Source of the DNA: Candidatus Methanoperedenaceae archaeon
GTDB lineage: Archaea > Halobacteriota > Methanosarcinia > Methanosarcinales > Methanoperedenaceae
DNA: 64,000 bases
Assembly (NCBI GenBank): GCA_963753595.1
Contig: CAVWCX010000024.1
Span: 1 to 64,000, forward strand
Direction of reading: 5' to 3'
Each line of letters starts with the position of its first letter. The stretch's first letter is position 1. Positions 40,674-51,099 of this stretch are shown here, one piece after another. The position numbers and the translations under genes were made by a program. The notes beneath the pieces were generated by a model. That model did no database searches. It saw nothing but the letters and a program-made list of their open reading frames with translations, and was not told the DNA's origin.

Positions 40674-41438
40674 TCAATCTTTACCCAGGTCTTCCCCTCC
40701 ATAATATATCTGCTGCACTGTATTGTATATGTCTTCCATGCCCGAGCCATAAGTCGATGAGACCGGAATAATATTCTGGCTTGCCCCAAATGATTTGAGC
40801 GCCGAAAGGAATTCAATACTTAGCTGGCTTTGCATCGTAGGTACCTCGTTGTGGATATCATCTTCAAGATCCATGATATTCCTGCTCCAGTTGATTATCC
40901 TGTCACGTTCTTCATCTTTTAGAAGGTCGGATTTCGGAAGGATATTTAAGAAAGGAACGTTGAACCGCATCTGGACTGATGCCGCCTGGAGCATTAATGA
41001 AATAAATCCCGATGGGGTTTTTGAGATTATGGGGTCATAGAGAAAACCAATGATCGACTGGTCGGCGCCAAGAGTATCAATGAGGAATTTCCCGGACTGG
41101 CGAAGCACAAACAGTTCCATCTGCCCGGGCGTGTCAAAAATAACATAATCGGATTCAAAGCTTTCAATTATATCTTTCATTTCATCGATATTTAAAGCAA
41201 GGAGGTCAGCTGCTATGATCTGTGCCCCGTTTGGCCCGACTCCATATTCCTTCATTACATCGTCCAATTTTACCCAGTCACGGATATCCACATCAGGGAC
41301 ATAAGGAGCATTTTCGATGCCAGGGTCAAGATTTACCGTAATTGCATCATATCTCTGGTTCTCCATCCATCCAAAAAAAGCATTTGTAAGTGAAGATTTA
41401 CCACTTCCCGCCGAGCCGATAAAATAAAGATTGATCAT
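40674..41438 (-). CDS. GPN-loop GTPase
   Basis: GSAGSGKS, VNLDPG, GPNGA and DTPGQME motifs. Confidence 0.92.
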   Translation of the reverse strand: MINLYFIGSAGSGKSSLTNAFFGWMENQRYDAITVNLDPGIENAPYVPDVDIRDWVKLDDVMKEYGVGPNGAQIIAADLLALNIDEMKDIIESFESDYVIFDTPGQMELFVLRQSGKFLIDTLGADQSIIGFLYDPIISKTPSGFISLMLQAASVQMRFNVPFLNILPKSDLLKDEERDRIINWSRNIMDLEDDIHNEVPTMQSQLSIEFLSALKSFGASQNIIPVSSTYGSGMEDIYNTVQQIYYGGEDLGKD

Positions 41439-41477
41439 AGTAATTATAGCTTATATCGGTCAAGAGAGAAAAGATTA

Positions 41478-42359
41478 TTGATGTTAAAAAAATTGAAATT
41501 ATATGCTGATTTCGTGGTCCTGAAACATACGCTTTTTGCTATCCCTTTTGCCTATCTTGGCGCAATCCTGGCAAGTAAAGGCATTCCGGAACTTCGGATT
41601 TTGTTCTGGGTCGGCCTTGCGTTCCTGGGAGCGCGAAGCGCTGCGATGGCGTTGAATAACCTTATTGACAAAGATATTGATGCAAAAAATCCCAGGACAG
41701 CAAATCGCGAATTGCCTGCTGGCAAAATATCATTATCCGAAGTCTGGGGAATAATACTCATATCTTATTTTTTCCTTTTTTACTCTGCGTACAAACTGAA
41801 TCCATTATGCCTTTTCCTTGCACCCATCATTCCGATTACGTCAATAATATATCCATATCTTAAAAGGTATCTTCCCATATCGCATTTTGTCCTTGGTCTG
41901 AATCTTGGTTATGCGCCTGTGGGAGGATGGCTTGCCGTAACGGGAGACTTTAATCTTCCATTTGGAGTGCCAGAGCTTACGATGCTGCTTCTTCTTTTTG
42001 CCGTAACATTCTGGGTTGCCGGTTTTGATATAATATATTCACTTCAGGATATTGATTATGACATAAAGAATAAGTTGTATTCTGTGCCAGCCATTTTCGG
42101 TGTAAAGAAAGCCCTCTTTGCTTCTTTTTTGTCACATATTCTGATGCTTATACTTCTGGTTGGCCTGATGTCAGTGCTGAAACTTGGGATTATTTTCAAG
42201 GTGGGCCTGATCGTTATTGCTGCTCTTATATTGTATGAACATTCGCTTGTTAAGGCTGACAATTTCAAAAATGTTCCGATGGCGTTCTTTAATGTGAATG
42301 CTGCTGTGAGTTTGAGCATGCTGGGGTTTACAATGATGGATATTGTTTTAAGGTTATGA
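41478..42359 (+). CDS. ubiA: UbiA-family prenyltransferase (MqnP-like)
   Basis: HTLFA, NNLIDKDIDAKNPRT and FDIIYSLQD motifs. Confidence 0.9.
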   Translation: MMLKKLKLYADFVVLKHTLFAIPFAYLGAILASKGIPELRILFWVGLAFLGARSAAMALNNLIDKDIDAKNPRTANRELPAGKISLSEVWGIILISYFFLFYSAYKLNPLCLFLAPIIPITSIIYPYLKRYLPISHFVLGLNLGYAPVGGWLAVTGDFNLPFGVPELTMLLLLFAVTFWVAGFDIIYSLQDIDYDIKNKLYSVPAIFGVKKALFASFLSHILMLILLVGLMSVLKLGIIFKVGLIVIAALILYEHSLVKADNFKNVPMAFFNVNAAVSLSMLGFTMMDIVLRL

Positions 42360-42378
42360 AATCAATAGTAATCCCAAA

Positions 42379-42557
42379 ACCGTAAAGAGCGCAAAAGGTA
42401 TAATAATTGTTCTTTGCGCTCTGGTATGAAAAAACAACGAACTAATACCAACTGAAACGAACTCAAGCTACCAGAGTTCGTTCGTGTTCGTTTATGTTCG
42501 TTGTTTTTTTTCATTTTTATTTATGAATCGGGAGGATTCATGGCCGACTTTGCGGTG
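42379..42557. repeat. Nested inverted-repeat elements (CGAAC/GTTCG type inside a CGCAAAG/CTTTGCG type)
   Basis: AAAACAACGAACTAATACCAACTGAAACGAACTC..GAGTTCGTTCGTGTTCGTTTATGTTCGTTGTTTT at about 42430-42510; outer AGAGCGCAAAAG/CTTTGCGCTCT. Confidence 0.7.
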
Positions 42558-42657
42558 TTAAAATATCCAAATTTGGATATTACGTAAAACATGCTAAAGT
42601 TACGGATTAATTTATTTCTGCGAACATTATTTGTAATCCACCGCCAATTACCCGCCC

Positions 42658-42957
42658 ATGCGCAAAAAACAGAAAGACTGGTCAAAGGACATGGCATACC
42701 AGCGCATGATCCTGCTTTTTGAGCTTGCTCACATTGAATTTGAGAAAAATCCCGATCACAGCAACCGTTATATCCAGCTTGCTCGAAAAATAGGAATGAG
42801 ATACAGGGTCAGGATGCCCCCTGAATTCAAGAGGCAAATCTGCAAGCATTGCCATACTTATTTAGTGCAGGGTGTGACAGCGCGAACAAGGCTCCAGGGC
42901 ACTCACATATCCACTACATGCACCTCATGCGGAAAGCAGATGAGATTGCCTTACTAA
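42658..42957 (+). CDS. rnp4: Ribonuclease P protein component 4 (Rpp21)
   Basis: RYIQLARKI, KRQICKHC...TCTSCG motifs. Confidence 0.9.
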   Translation: MRKKQKDWSKDMAYQRMILLFELAHIEFEKNPDHSNRYIQLARKIGMRYRVRMPPEFKRQICKHCHTYLVQGVTARTRLQGTHISTTCTSCGKQMRLPY

Positions 42958-42976
42958 AAAATTGGAACAGGGAAAT

Positions 42977-43573
42977 ATGGAAAACATCTTTAATTCAGGA
43001 ACTTTTTCATTAATTATCCTGCCAATCCTGATTTTTTTGGCTCGTATTGTGGATGTTACATTCGGGACTATCCGGATAATATTTGTTTCAAGGGGTATGA
43101 AGTGGCTTGCCCCGATTTTTGGTTTTTTTGAAATAATGATATGGCTCTTTGCGATCGGCCAGGTTTTTAACAATTTGACAAATATTACTTATTATGTAGC
43201 ATATGCAGGTGGTTTTGCCTGCGGGAACTTCGTTGGTATCTATATAGAAGAGAAAATAGCAATAGGTACAATGGTGGTTCAAATAATCACAAGAAAAGAT
43301 GGAACACAGTTAATAGAATTTTTAAAAACTGAGGGATTTGGTGTCACGAGCATTGATGCGGAAGGAGGCACAGGAAAGGTAAAAGTGATTTATACTATCA
43401 TTAAGCGGCGAGACCTTCAACAGGTTGTGGAAATCATTAAAAGATTTAATCCAAAGGCATTTTACTCAATAGAAGAAGTCAGGTCGGCAGGCGAAGGGAT
43501 ATTTCCAGCCGGGAAACAAGGATCTATGTATAATTTTCCATATTTTCTCAGGCTTACAAGACCTGGAAAATGA
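42977..43573 (+). CDS. DUF2179/UPF0316 membrane protein
   Basis: ARIVDVTFGTIRII, GFACGNFVG and NPKAFYSIE motifs. Confidence 0.85.
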   Translation: MENIFNSGTFSLIILPILIFLARIVDVTFGTIRIIFVSRGMKWLAPIFGFFEIMIWLFAIGQVFNNLTNITYYVAYAGGFACGNFVGIYIEEKIAIGTMVVQIITRKDGTQLIEFLKTEGFGVTSIDAEGGTGKVKVIYTIIKRRDLQQVVEIIKRFNPKAFYSIEEVRSAGEGIFPAGKQGSMYNFPYFLRLTRPGK

Positions 43574-43658
43574 TTCCAGTGCCAAAACCTGAATGTTCAG
43601 TTAGCCGAAAATCAGTAGTTGGGAAGTTTATAATTATTGGGACGCTAAAATAGGTTTA

Positions 43659-45719
43659 ATGAGTAAAGAGGTTGGGAAAAGAAGAACGAACCGGCTAATC
43701 TATGAAAAAAGCCCGTACCTTCTGCAGCATGCATATAATCCCGTAAATTGGTATCCGTGGGGTGAAGAAGCTTTTGAAAAAGCAAAGAATGAAAATAAGC
43801 CTGTTTTTCTCTCGATTGGATATTCCACATGCCACTGGTGTCATGTGATGGAAAAGGAATCCTTTGAAGATAATGATGTTGCAGCATTGATGAATGACAC
43901 CTTTGTGAGTATCAAAGTTGACAGGGAAGAAAGACCCGATATTGACAGCATCTATATGGCAGTATGCCAGGCAATGACCGGAAGCGGGGGCTGGCCGCTT
44001 AATTTATTACTGACACCCGACATGAGACCATTTCACGCTTTGACCTATATCCCGAAGAAAAGCAGGTTCGGCCGCGTTGGGATGCTGGACATGATCCCGC
44101 AGGTCAAAGAACTCTGGAACTCAAGGAGAGATGAAGTTGAAAAAGCCGCACTCCAGTTTGTAAATGCTCTCAAGACCGTGTCGGGATCAGATGCGGAAGA
44201 AAGACTGACCGAAGAAATACTCCATATTGCATACGAACAGCTTCTGGGAATGTTCGATGAAGAACACGGCGGCTTTAGTCATGCGCCTAAATTCCCGGCG
44301 CATCACAACCTCATGTTCCTTCTTCGCTACTGGAAACGCACTGGAGATAAGATGGCTCTTATGATGGTCGAGAAGACACTTTATGCCATGCGAATGGGTG
44401 GGATTTATGACCAGGTAGGCTTTGGTTTTCACCGCTATTCTGTTGATCAAAAGTGGCTTGTTCCGCATTTTGAAAAAATGCTTTATGACCAGGCTTTGCT
44501 GGCAATGGCCTATATCGAAGCTTACCAGGCGACTGGAAAAGAAGATTTCGAAAAAACATGCCGCGAAATTTTTACTTACGTATTGAGGGATATGGCATCC
44601 TTGGATGGGGGTTTTTATTCAGGTGAAGACGCCGACAGCGAAGGAGAAGAAGGAAAATTTTATCTCTGGACTGAAAATGAGATGCGTCAGGTTCTTACGG
44701 ATAAAGAATATAAATTAGTTGAGAAGCTATTCAATATCAAGATAAACGGCAATTTCCCGGAAGGAAATGGACGAAATATCTTTTATTTATCAAAACCTTT
44801 TAATGAAGTTCCTGATTTTCCAAACATAGAACAGATCATTGAGTCCTCACGAAGTAAATTATTTGCAGCCCGTGAGAACCGCATACATCCAGGCAAGGAT
44901 GACAAGATACTGACAGACTGGAATGGATTGATGATAGCAGCTCTGGCTAAGGCTTCCCAGGCCTTTCATGAACCCGGATATGCAAAAACTGCTAAAAAAG
45001 CCGCAGATTTTATTCTTTCCAGAATGCGCAACGCAAAAGGTGGACTTTATCACCGTTACAGGGACGGTGAAACCGCAATTAATGGCTTTTTAGATGATTA
45101 TACGTTTTTGGTCTGGGGATTGCTTGAACTTTATGAAGCAACCTTTGAGATCCCTTACCTGAAGGCAGCACTTGAATTCAATGAATATTTGCTTATCCAT
45201 TTCCGGGATAATGAAGCCGGTGGATTTTATATTACATCTGATGATAGCGAGAATATCCTCATCAGGAAAAAAGATATTTATGACGGCGCCGTCCCGTCAG
45301 GCAACTCGGTAGCGATGCTGAATCTTATACGACTTTCCAGGATCACGGCGGATCCCGAACTTGAACGCCAAGCAGAAGCTATCGGGCAGGCATTTTCACG
45401 GATAGTTGGACAGGCGCCAGCTGGTTATACCATGCTGATGTCGGCGCTTGATTTTACTCTTGGGCCAACGAGTGAGGTTGTGATCGCAGGGAATTTGCAG
45501 GCAGATGATACGATGGATATGCTAAAGGCACTCAGGAAAGAATTTATTCCGAATAAGGTTGTAATTTTCCGGCCGGATGGAGACAGTGAGATCACGCGAA
45601 TTTCTGATTTTACAAAAAGCCTTTCAAACAAGGAAGGTAAAGCCACTGCGTATGTATGCCGGAATTTCAGCTGCCAATTGCCTGTAACTGATCCGGGGGA
45701 GATGCTGGGATTGCTGTGA
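43659..45719 (+). CDS. Thioredoxin-domain YyaL/SSP411-family protein
   Basis: [29 protein letters not shown] and [10 protein letters not shown] motifs. Confidence 0.93.
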   Translation: MSKEVGKRRTNRLIYEKSPYLLQHAYNPVNWYPWGEEAFEKAKNENKPVFLSIGYSTCHWCHVMEKESFEDNDVAALMNDTFVSIKVDREERPDIDSIYMAVCQAMTGSGGWPLNLLLTPDMRPFHALTYIPKKSRFGRVGMLDMIPQVKELWNSRRDEVEKAALQFVNALKTVSGSDAEERLTEEILHIAYEQLLGMFDEEHGGFSHAPKFPAHHNLMFLLRYWKRTGDKMALMMVEKTLYAMRMGGIYDQVGFGFHRYSVDQKWLVPHFEKMLYDQALLAMAYIEAYQATGKEDFEKTCREIFTYVLRDMASLDGGFYSGEDADSEGEEGKFYLWTENEMRQVLTDKEYKLVEKLFNIKINGNFPEGNGRNIFYLSKPFNEVPDFPNIEQIIESSRSKLFAARENRIHPGKDDKILTDWNGLMIAALAKASQAFHEPGYAKTAKKAADFILSRMRNAKGGLYHRYRDGETAINGFLDDYTFLVWGLLELYEATFEIPYLKAALEFNEYLLIHFRDNEAGGFYITSDDSENILIRKKDIYDGAVPSGNSVAMLNLIRLSRITADPELERQAEAIGQAFSRIVGQAPAGYTMLMSALDFTLGPTSEVVIAGNLQADDTMDMLKALRKEFIPNKVVIFRPDGDSEITRISDFTKSLSNKEGKATAYVCRNFSCQLPVTDPGEMLGLL

Positions 45720-45737
45720 ATTTATGCCTGGCTTTCT

Positions 45738-46337
45738 TTATGTTGGAAATATTCTACTAAAGCTTTTTTTGCCAAATTTTCTAAGATAAAGTTCCATCGC
45801 TTCAGAAACAGTAGTTTTTGTATCTAAATCTAATTTAAAGATAACTTTATCTTTATCAGATATTGAAGGTATATTTTCCATTATTTTTGTCTTTACTGCC
45901 TCCAAACTACTATATTTTGTCTCAGCATTGCCAATAAATTCTTTTACTGCATTAAACTCTTCAAGTTTGATTTCTGTCAATAGCCACGGTTCAAACACCT
46001 GGAGGATTGTTTCTGTGCCGATTGGAAAAGATTCAGAACCAACAGTTGCAGAAAAAAGACGTATATGTAAAAAGGCTTTGGTGGATATTCCAACAAGTAT
46101 AGCTTGTACCCAGATATTAGATGTACCGACGCCTTCTAATTTGATAATTCCAGACTCTAACAACCAAAACATGATCGCAAAAGCTATCGCACTATATATT
46201 ATTGAATAAAAATATAGTTTCCAAGATTTTTTAAATAAAAAATAGCATGTCCTGGGATATTCTGAAGTGACTAGTTCTATTAAAGTTATAAAAAATGCCA
46301 ATATACCAGCAAAAAGTGCTACAAGTAAATTTGGCAT
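45738..46337 (-). CDS. Hypothetical 3-TM membrane protein with soluble helical C-terminus
   Basis: 199 aa, AT-rich DNA, three hydrophobic segments. Confidence 0.7.
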   Translation of the reverse strand: MPNLLVALFAGILAFFITLIELVTSEYPRTCYFLFKKSWKLYFYSIIYSAIAFAIMFWLLESGIIKLEGVGTSNIWVQAILVGISTKAFLHIRLFSATVGSESFPIGTETILQVFEPWLLTEIKLEEFNAVKEFIGNAETKYSSLEAVKTKIMENIPSISDKDKVIFKLDLDTKTTVSEAMELYLRKFGKKSFSRIFPT

Positions 46338-46346
46338 AAATATAAC

Positions 46347-46544
46347 CTAAATTTCTAAAATAGAAACAAAGGCATTGTGAATCTTAACGATTTTGTGGTC
46401 TTCGAGATTTTTTAGAGAACCCTGGATTTCATGGGTTCTTCTGCCAACTTCTCTTGCAAGATAATCTACTGGTATCTCCTTATTATACCTTTTCAAAACG
46501 TCTACTATTGCCGTATTTATACCTATATCTTGAATCTCAGCCAT
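46347..46544 (-). CDS. Small winged-HTH-like protein
   Basis: IVDVLK..EIPVDYLAREVG...IQGSLKNLEDHKIV wHTH pattern; GGTGG SD. Confidence 0.6.
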   Translation of the reverse strand: MAEIQDIGINTAIVDVLKRYNKEIPVDYLAREVGRRTHEIQGSLKNLEDHKIVKIHNAFVSILEI

Positions 46545-46679
46545 TTTTCATTCCACCTTTTACATATACAATATGCACATACTACATAATGTGTGTTTAT
46601 ATTTGAATACTTTGGCTTATGAATATATATAAACCTTGCCGTGTCTTATCATGAGCTGCATAATTTCTATATTCTACAC

Positions 46680-47885
46680 TTACCTGCCTTTTTTTCCAGA
46701 TACCGACCTTGCAGGAACTTTGCAGCTGATCTTATCCAGATAAGATTCTATCCGACCCAGGGCCTCCACAAGCTGCTCGCGCGATGTTGCATATGAACAC
46801 CGCAGATGCCCCTCACCGCAATCCCCGAATACATTTCCGGGAACTACCGCAACTTTCTCTTCTTTCAGGAGCCCGCCTGCGAACTCCTCAGATGTCATGC
46901 CTGTGCTTTTGATGCTGGGGAATGCATAGAACGCGCCTTTTGGCTCGAAACAATCAAGACCGAGTTTATTCAACCCATCCACGATAAGGCGGCGCCTGCG
47001 GTCATATTCCTGGATCATCTTTTCCATTTCGCCGTTACCGTTCTTCAGGGCCTCAATAGCGCCCATTTGCGCGGTTATCGGCGCGCAAAGCATCGCATAC
47101 TGGTGGATCTTTGTCATGGCGCTGATCATTTCTTCGCAGCCTGTCGCAAACCCGAGGCGCAAACCTGTCATGGCATGGGATTTTGAAAACCCGTTCAAAA
47201 TTATCGTTCTGTCTTTCATTCCCGGGATTGATGAGAAACACGTATGTGAGCCGCCGTATGTTAATTTGCAATAAACTTCATCCGAGATCACGGCAAGGTC
47301 GTGTTCATTTACCACTTGCGCGATCTCTTCAAGGTCTTTTTTCCTCAGGACCGCACCTGTAGGATTATTCGGATAGCTCAGAACAAGCGCTTTTGTTTTC
47401 TTTGTTATGCTCTTTTCTAACTGCTCTGCTGTCACCCTGAATTCATTTTCCCTGTTCGTCGTGACAGGAATGGGTATCCCACCCGCGAGAGAAACGCTTG
47501 GTTTATATGAAACATAACTCGGTTCCGGGACGATCACTTCATCCCCCGGATCTATTATTGCCCTGAAAGCAAGGTCTGCGGCCTCGCTGACGCCTGTTGT
47601 GACCAGTACCTGGTTTTTCGGGTTATAATCAACCTTATAATCTTTTTTATAACTTTTTGAGATCAATTCCCTTAATTCAAGAAGGCCAAGATTGGAGGTA
47701 TATGTTGTAAATCCTTTCTCAAGAGAATATATGCATGCCTCCCTGATATGCCAGGGTGTGACGAAATCAGGCTCCCCGACACCCAGGGATATTACCCCTT
47801 CCATCTCAAGCACAAGGTCAAAGAATTTTCTTATACCTGATGGAGGGATATTCCTTACAGCTTCCGCAACGAATTTATCAGACAT
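46680..47885 (-). CDS. PLP-dependent aminotransferase class I/II
   Basis: SLGVGEPDF, YPNNPTG, SDEVY and GFSKSHAMTGLRLG motifs; start MSDK. Confidence 0.93.
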   Translation of the reverse strand: MSDKFVAEAVRNIPPSGIRKFFDLVLEMEGVISLGVGEPDFVTPWHIREACIYSLEKGFTTYTSNLGLLELRELISKSYKKDYKVDYNPKNQVLVTTGVSEAADLAFRAIIDPGDEVIVPEPSYVSYKPSVSLAGGIPIPVTTNRENEFRVTAEQLEKSITKKTKALVLSYPNNPTGAVLRKKDLEEIAQVVNEHDLAVISDEVYCKLTYGGSHTCFSSIPGMKDRTIILNGFSKSHAMTGLRLGFATGCEEMISAMTKIHQYAMLCAPITAQMGAIEALKNGNGEMEKMIQEYDRRRRLIVDGLNKLGLDCFEPKGAFYAFPSIKSTGMTSEEFAGGLLKEEKVAVVPGNVFGDCGEGHLRCSYATSREQLVEALGRIESYLDKISCKVPARSVSGKKGR

Positions 47886-47892
47886 AAGATCA

Positions 47893-48372
47893 CTACGGCG
47901 ACACCGGCAGTCTCTCAGAACGCTCTCTCTCGAACAGGATATCCCCATCCTGCTTGTATGTTCTCAGCACAAAATGCGTAACAGTTCCCTGCACCTGTTC
48001 AAGGGTAGCTATTTTTTCAGCAACGAAAAATGCAACTTCTTTCATGGACTTCCCGCGCACGGTGAGTGAAAGATCATGTCCTCCTGAGATAAGGCGGACC
48101 GATACAACTTCCGGGAATTTGGCTATCCGCTCTGCGATAGCATCATAGCCCGTCCTTGAACGTAAAAGAACTTTTAGCTCGATTATAGCATAAACATATT
48201 CTTCCCCTGCTTTTTCCCAGTCAATTACCGTCTTGTATTTTCGGATAATTCCCTTTTTTTCCATTTCCTTTATCTTTGAGGCAACTTGAGCTTCCGTAAG
48301 CCCTGTCATTGTTGCTATTTCTTTTGGCTGTATTTTAGGGTCGTTTTCAAGGATATCAAGTATTTCTTTCAT
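47893..48372 (-). CDS. Lrp/AsnC-family transcriptional regulator
   Basis: HTH + AsnC domain; conserved partner of the aminotransferase; start MKEIL. Confidence 0.9.
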   Translation of the reverse strand: MKEILDILENDPKIQPKEIATMTGLTEAQVASKIKEMEKKGIIRKYKTVIDWEKAGEEYVYAIIELKVLLRSRTGYDAIAERIAKFPEVVSVRLISGGHDLSLTVRGKSMKEVAFFVAEKIATLEQVQGTVTHFVLRTYKQDGDILFERERSERLPVSP

Positions 48373-48553
48373 TGTCTTGCCTCGCGGGTTTTTATTGTTC
48401 TGGGAGGTAATAGGTTTTGCCATTGGAAAAATCGACGGTTTTTTATAATTTAATTATAATAGATATAATAGGTTGTGAAAGCGTGCTGAAAGTATTTTTT
48501 TGATTAAATAAAGCAAAAGCTCTGGACGTCACCCCAAAGCCTACAACAGATTC

Positions 48554-48886
48554 TTATTTTGGTTCAGCGGTAACTGAATAATAAATGTTATCTCCAAATT
48601 CTGTATCAAAAGTAAAACTTACTTTTTTTATCATTCCTTTTTCAATGTATATCACTTGTTGTTGGTTCAAAGGTTGTTTGTCTGGAGCTTTTACTTCAAC
48701 TTTTACTAGAACATCACCAGACTCGCCTTGATTCTCTATGTCAGCGGTTACAATTGTAACACTATTTAAGCCTTGCAATTTTCCGTCAGCATTTTTTGAA
48801 AGAACAACGGGCTTTGACGACGAAACACACCCTGATAATAGAACCAGTATTATTATTAAAATACTTACCATAATTTTCTTATTCAT
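48554..48886 (-). CDS. Small lipoprotein (Ig-like)
   Basis: Lipobox LLSGC after a hydrophobic signal. Confidence 0.7.
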   Translation of the reverse strand: MNKKIMVSILIIILVLLSGCVSSSKPVVLSKNADGKLQGLNSVTIVTADIENQGESGDVLVKVEVKAPDKQPLNQQQVIYIEKGMIKKVSFTFDTEFGDNIYYSVTAEPK

Positions 48887-49146
48887 ATCTATAACCTCAT
48901 CTAATTTAAGTGTGGTAGAACTGTTTTGAGAGGCAGTTACTCACTCCGACAACTTTATTCCAAGTGTTATTTTTATTTAAAGTTAACGCCATGCATCACC
49001 TTCAAATTCTATGGCGCCAAGTTACTCTTGTAACATTATAAATATATTATGATAAGAAAATGCGTTTATAGTTTCCTATACGTTGAAAAAGTCCCATAGA
49101 TAATTTCCAAAGCTTTTTATTGGTATACCATGTCTTTTGAGGGAAT

Positions 49147-49776
49147 ATGCGAGCCGTCATTCCATTCAGGAAAAGTAATGCAAAGTCAAGATTAAGCTCA
49201 TTGCTATCTGAAAAAGAGCGCGAGGAGCTTGCGATGGCAATGTTGAATGACGTGGCGGAAAATCTGGTAAGATCAGGATGTTTTGACGTGATCGATATTT
49301 TATCAACATCAATGATCGAAGTCGAAGACGTCAATATCGTGCTGACAGAGATGGGATTAAATGAAGCCCTGAATGAATACCTGGGAAAGATGGCTTCACA
49401 TAAAATAAATGAGCCAGTCCTTATAATTATGGCGGATATCCCCCTTGTTTCAACAAAGAACATAATAGATATTGTTTCAACCAATGCAGATATTGTGATC
49501 GCGCCCGGAAGGATGGGAGGCACGAATGCAATATTTATCCGCGACCCTGCAAGTTTCCATGTGGATTATTATGGCGCAAGTTTCCTTAAACATCTTAAGA
49601 TCGCTTCAGGCCTTCATACAGAGGTCTTTGACTCTTTTAATCTCAGTACAGACATAGATGAAGTTCCTGACCTTATAGAAGTCCTGCTTCACGGGAAAGG
49701 GCAATCACAGGAATACCTGGAGAAGATCGGCGTGGATATCTCAGCGAACGGTGGGCGTGTGGGAGTTAGAAGGTAG
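49147..49776 (+). CDS. cofC: 2-phospho-L-lactate/PEP guanylyltransferase
   Basis: AKSRLS, ADIP, GGTNA, YYGASF and DIDE motifs. Confidence 0.93.
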   Translation: MRAVIPFRKSNAKSRLSSLLSEKEREELAMAMLNDVAENLVRSGCFDVIDILSTSMIEVEDVNIVLTEMGLNEALNEYLGKMASHKINEPVLIIMADIPLVSTKNIIDIVSTNADIVIAPGRMGGTNAIFIRDPASFHVDYYGASFLKHLKIASGLHTEVFDSFNLSTDIDEVPDLIEVLLHGKGQSQEYLEKIGVDISANGGRVGVRR

Positions 49777-49780
49777 AATA

Positions 49781-50239
49781 TTACAATTTTTCAAGCATCT
49801 CATTGTATTTCCTGAAATCTTCGCGTATTGCATCTATCTGGCTTTCTGCATCTTTAGTCCATCCAGAACGATCATTATTCGAGGGAGTTAAATTTATGAA
49901 CTCTTTACATAAATCTTTTATCGATTTACCTATATTGTTTTTTCGGAAATCTCTTTCATTTTTTGAGATTAAACTATAGCCTTCCCTGCAAGCGTTTATT
50001 AAATCTTTTTCTAATTCGATGGATGGAATAGACCTGCATTTAAACAATTCCCAGCTTGAACAAAAATCATCGATATGCGATCTTAAGGTCTCAATGTTTT
50101 CTTTTCTGATCTCTCTTTTGGATTTCCAATTATGGTAAGGCTCAGAGAACAGATCACGGACTGCCTCAGAAAATGCACTTGTTGCAATCCCCACAAAAAA
50201 AATGGCTGCGCCCAATACTAAGCTGACTACATCTATCAT
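49781..50239 (-). CDS. Hypothetical membrane-anchored helical protein
   Basis: 152 aa, N-terminal hydrophobic helix. Confidence 0.6.
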   Translation of the reverse strand: MIDVVSLVLGAAIFFVGIATSAFSEAVRDLFSEPYHNWKSKREIRKENIETLRSHIDDFCSSWELFKCRSIPSIELEKDLINACREGYSLISKNERDFRKNNIGKSIKDLCKEFINLTPSNNDRSGWTKDAESQIDAIREDFRKYNEMLEKL

Positions 50240-50407
50240 TTATGGGGAGATGCATTCTTTCATTAGTTCGTCATCATTGACGATCTTGAAGCCTTTGAGT
50301 TTAAGTTCGATCTGTCTGCTTATAGGTATGCCTGTCTTATCCCTGATATCTTCCATACGCTTGGCTACTTCTTCATCAACCTGAACGCATATCTGCCGCT
50401 TTGCCAT
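50240..50407 (-). CDS. Ribbon-helix-helix-like small DNA-binding protein (absent from the ORF track)
   Basis: MAKRQICVQVDEEVAKRMEDIRDKTGIPISRQIELKLKGF... 55 aa; GAGGT SD. Confidence 0.6.
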   Translation of the reverse strand: MAKRQICVQVDEEVAKRMEDIRDKTGIPISRQIELKLKGFKIVNDDELMKECISP

Positions 50408-50439
50408 AGTTATTTTACCTCTAATTAGTTACCATTGAA

Positions 50440-50556
50440 CTAATTGTATTTAATGGTTTTCAATGTAGAAATAACAAACTCAAATTTATCTATCTTTTTT
50501 TCCAGCTTCTTAAGCTGCCTGAAAGCTTTATCTGAAAAAATAATTTCATAGGTCAT
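50440..50556 (-). pseudogene. Truncated RelE/ParE-type toxin
   Basis: MTYEIIFSDKAFRQLKKLEKK then unrelated sequence; only 38 aa. Confidence 0.65.
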
Positions 50557-50564
50557 AATCCAAG

Positions 50565-50771
50565 CTATTTCTTTACCTCAGCTAAAGTATGGAATTTACC
50601 AGCTTCAATCTCAGCACGGGCATGAGCTATTTCTTTTTTTGTTTGTTTATTGAGTTCCTGGGAATCTTCTACCAGGTCCCAAATCACTTCCTCATAGGTC
50701 TCTTTTTCAAAGAACTTCCTTTTTACAAGCTCTTTGTGTATATCTTCACTTATCTGAATTGAAGTTGCCAT
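50565..50771 (-). CDS. Antitoxin (archaeal RelB-like), with a premature TAG near the end
   Basis: MATSIQIS...ETYEEVIW...GKFHTLAEVKK*LGL; directly upstream of the relE remnant. Confidence 0.7.
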   Translation of the reverse strand: MATSIQISEDIHKELVKRKFFEKETYEEVIWDLVEDSQELNKQTKKEIAHARAEIEAGKFHTLAEVKK

Positions 50772-50832
50772 TGATAATCACTATAACCTATTATAATATA
50801 TTATGGCAATAAACATTTCTCAGCATAACGGT

Positions 50833-51081
50833 TCATTCATTTTTTCTTTGATATGCTTTACCAGGGCTTTCAGCCACCGCCAGGCCTGAGGTCTGGGATG
50901 GTTTAACATAAACCGTTGATGCAAGGGGCTTTTCATCCTCGATTAATTGCTGAAGGGCAAATTCGATAGCATGAGTCCTATTTGCAAATCGCCGTTTTTC
51001 AATCTGGGTATCGACCCATTTTAATAAATCCTCATCAAGAGCAATACTCGTTTTGATTTTAGCCATACTATATTTATCCAT
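50833..51081 (-). CDS. CopG/RHH-family regulator
   Basis: KIKTSIALDEDLLKWVD...FANRTHAIEFAL. Confidence 0.8.
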   Translation of the reverse strand: MDKYSMAKIKTSIALDEDLLKWVDTQIEKRRFANRTHAIEFALQQLIEDEKPLASTVYVKPSQTSGLAVAESPGKAYQRKNE

Positions 51082-51099
51082 AATACCGCAAAGTATTTA

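Noticed and set aside
48903-49025. Hairpin and 28-codon mini-ORF upstream of the lipoprotein gene (riboswitch or attC?)
   Set aside because: The stem is short and matches no riboswitch or attC consensus I can recognise.
50553-50567. Pyrrolysine read-through of the antitoxin TAG
   Set aside because: The adjacent toxin is truncated, so a simple nonsense mutation is more parsimonious; no pyl evidence in the window.
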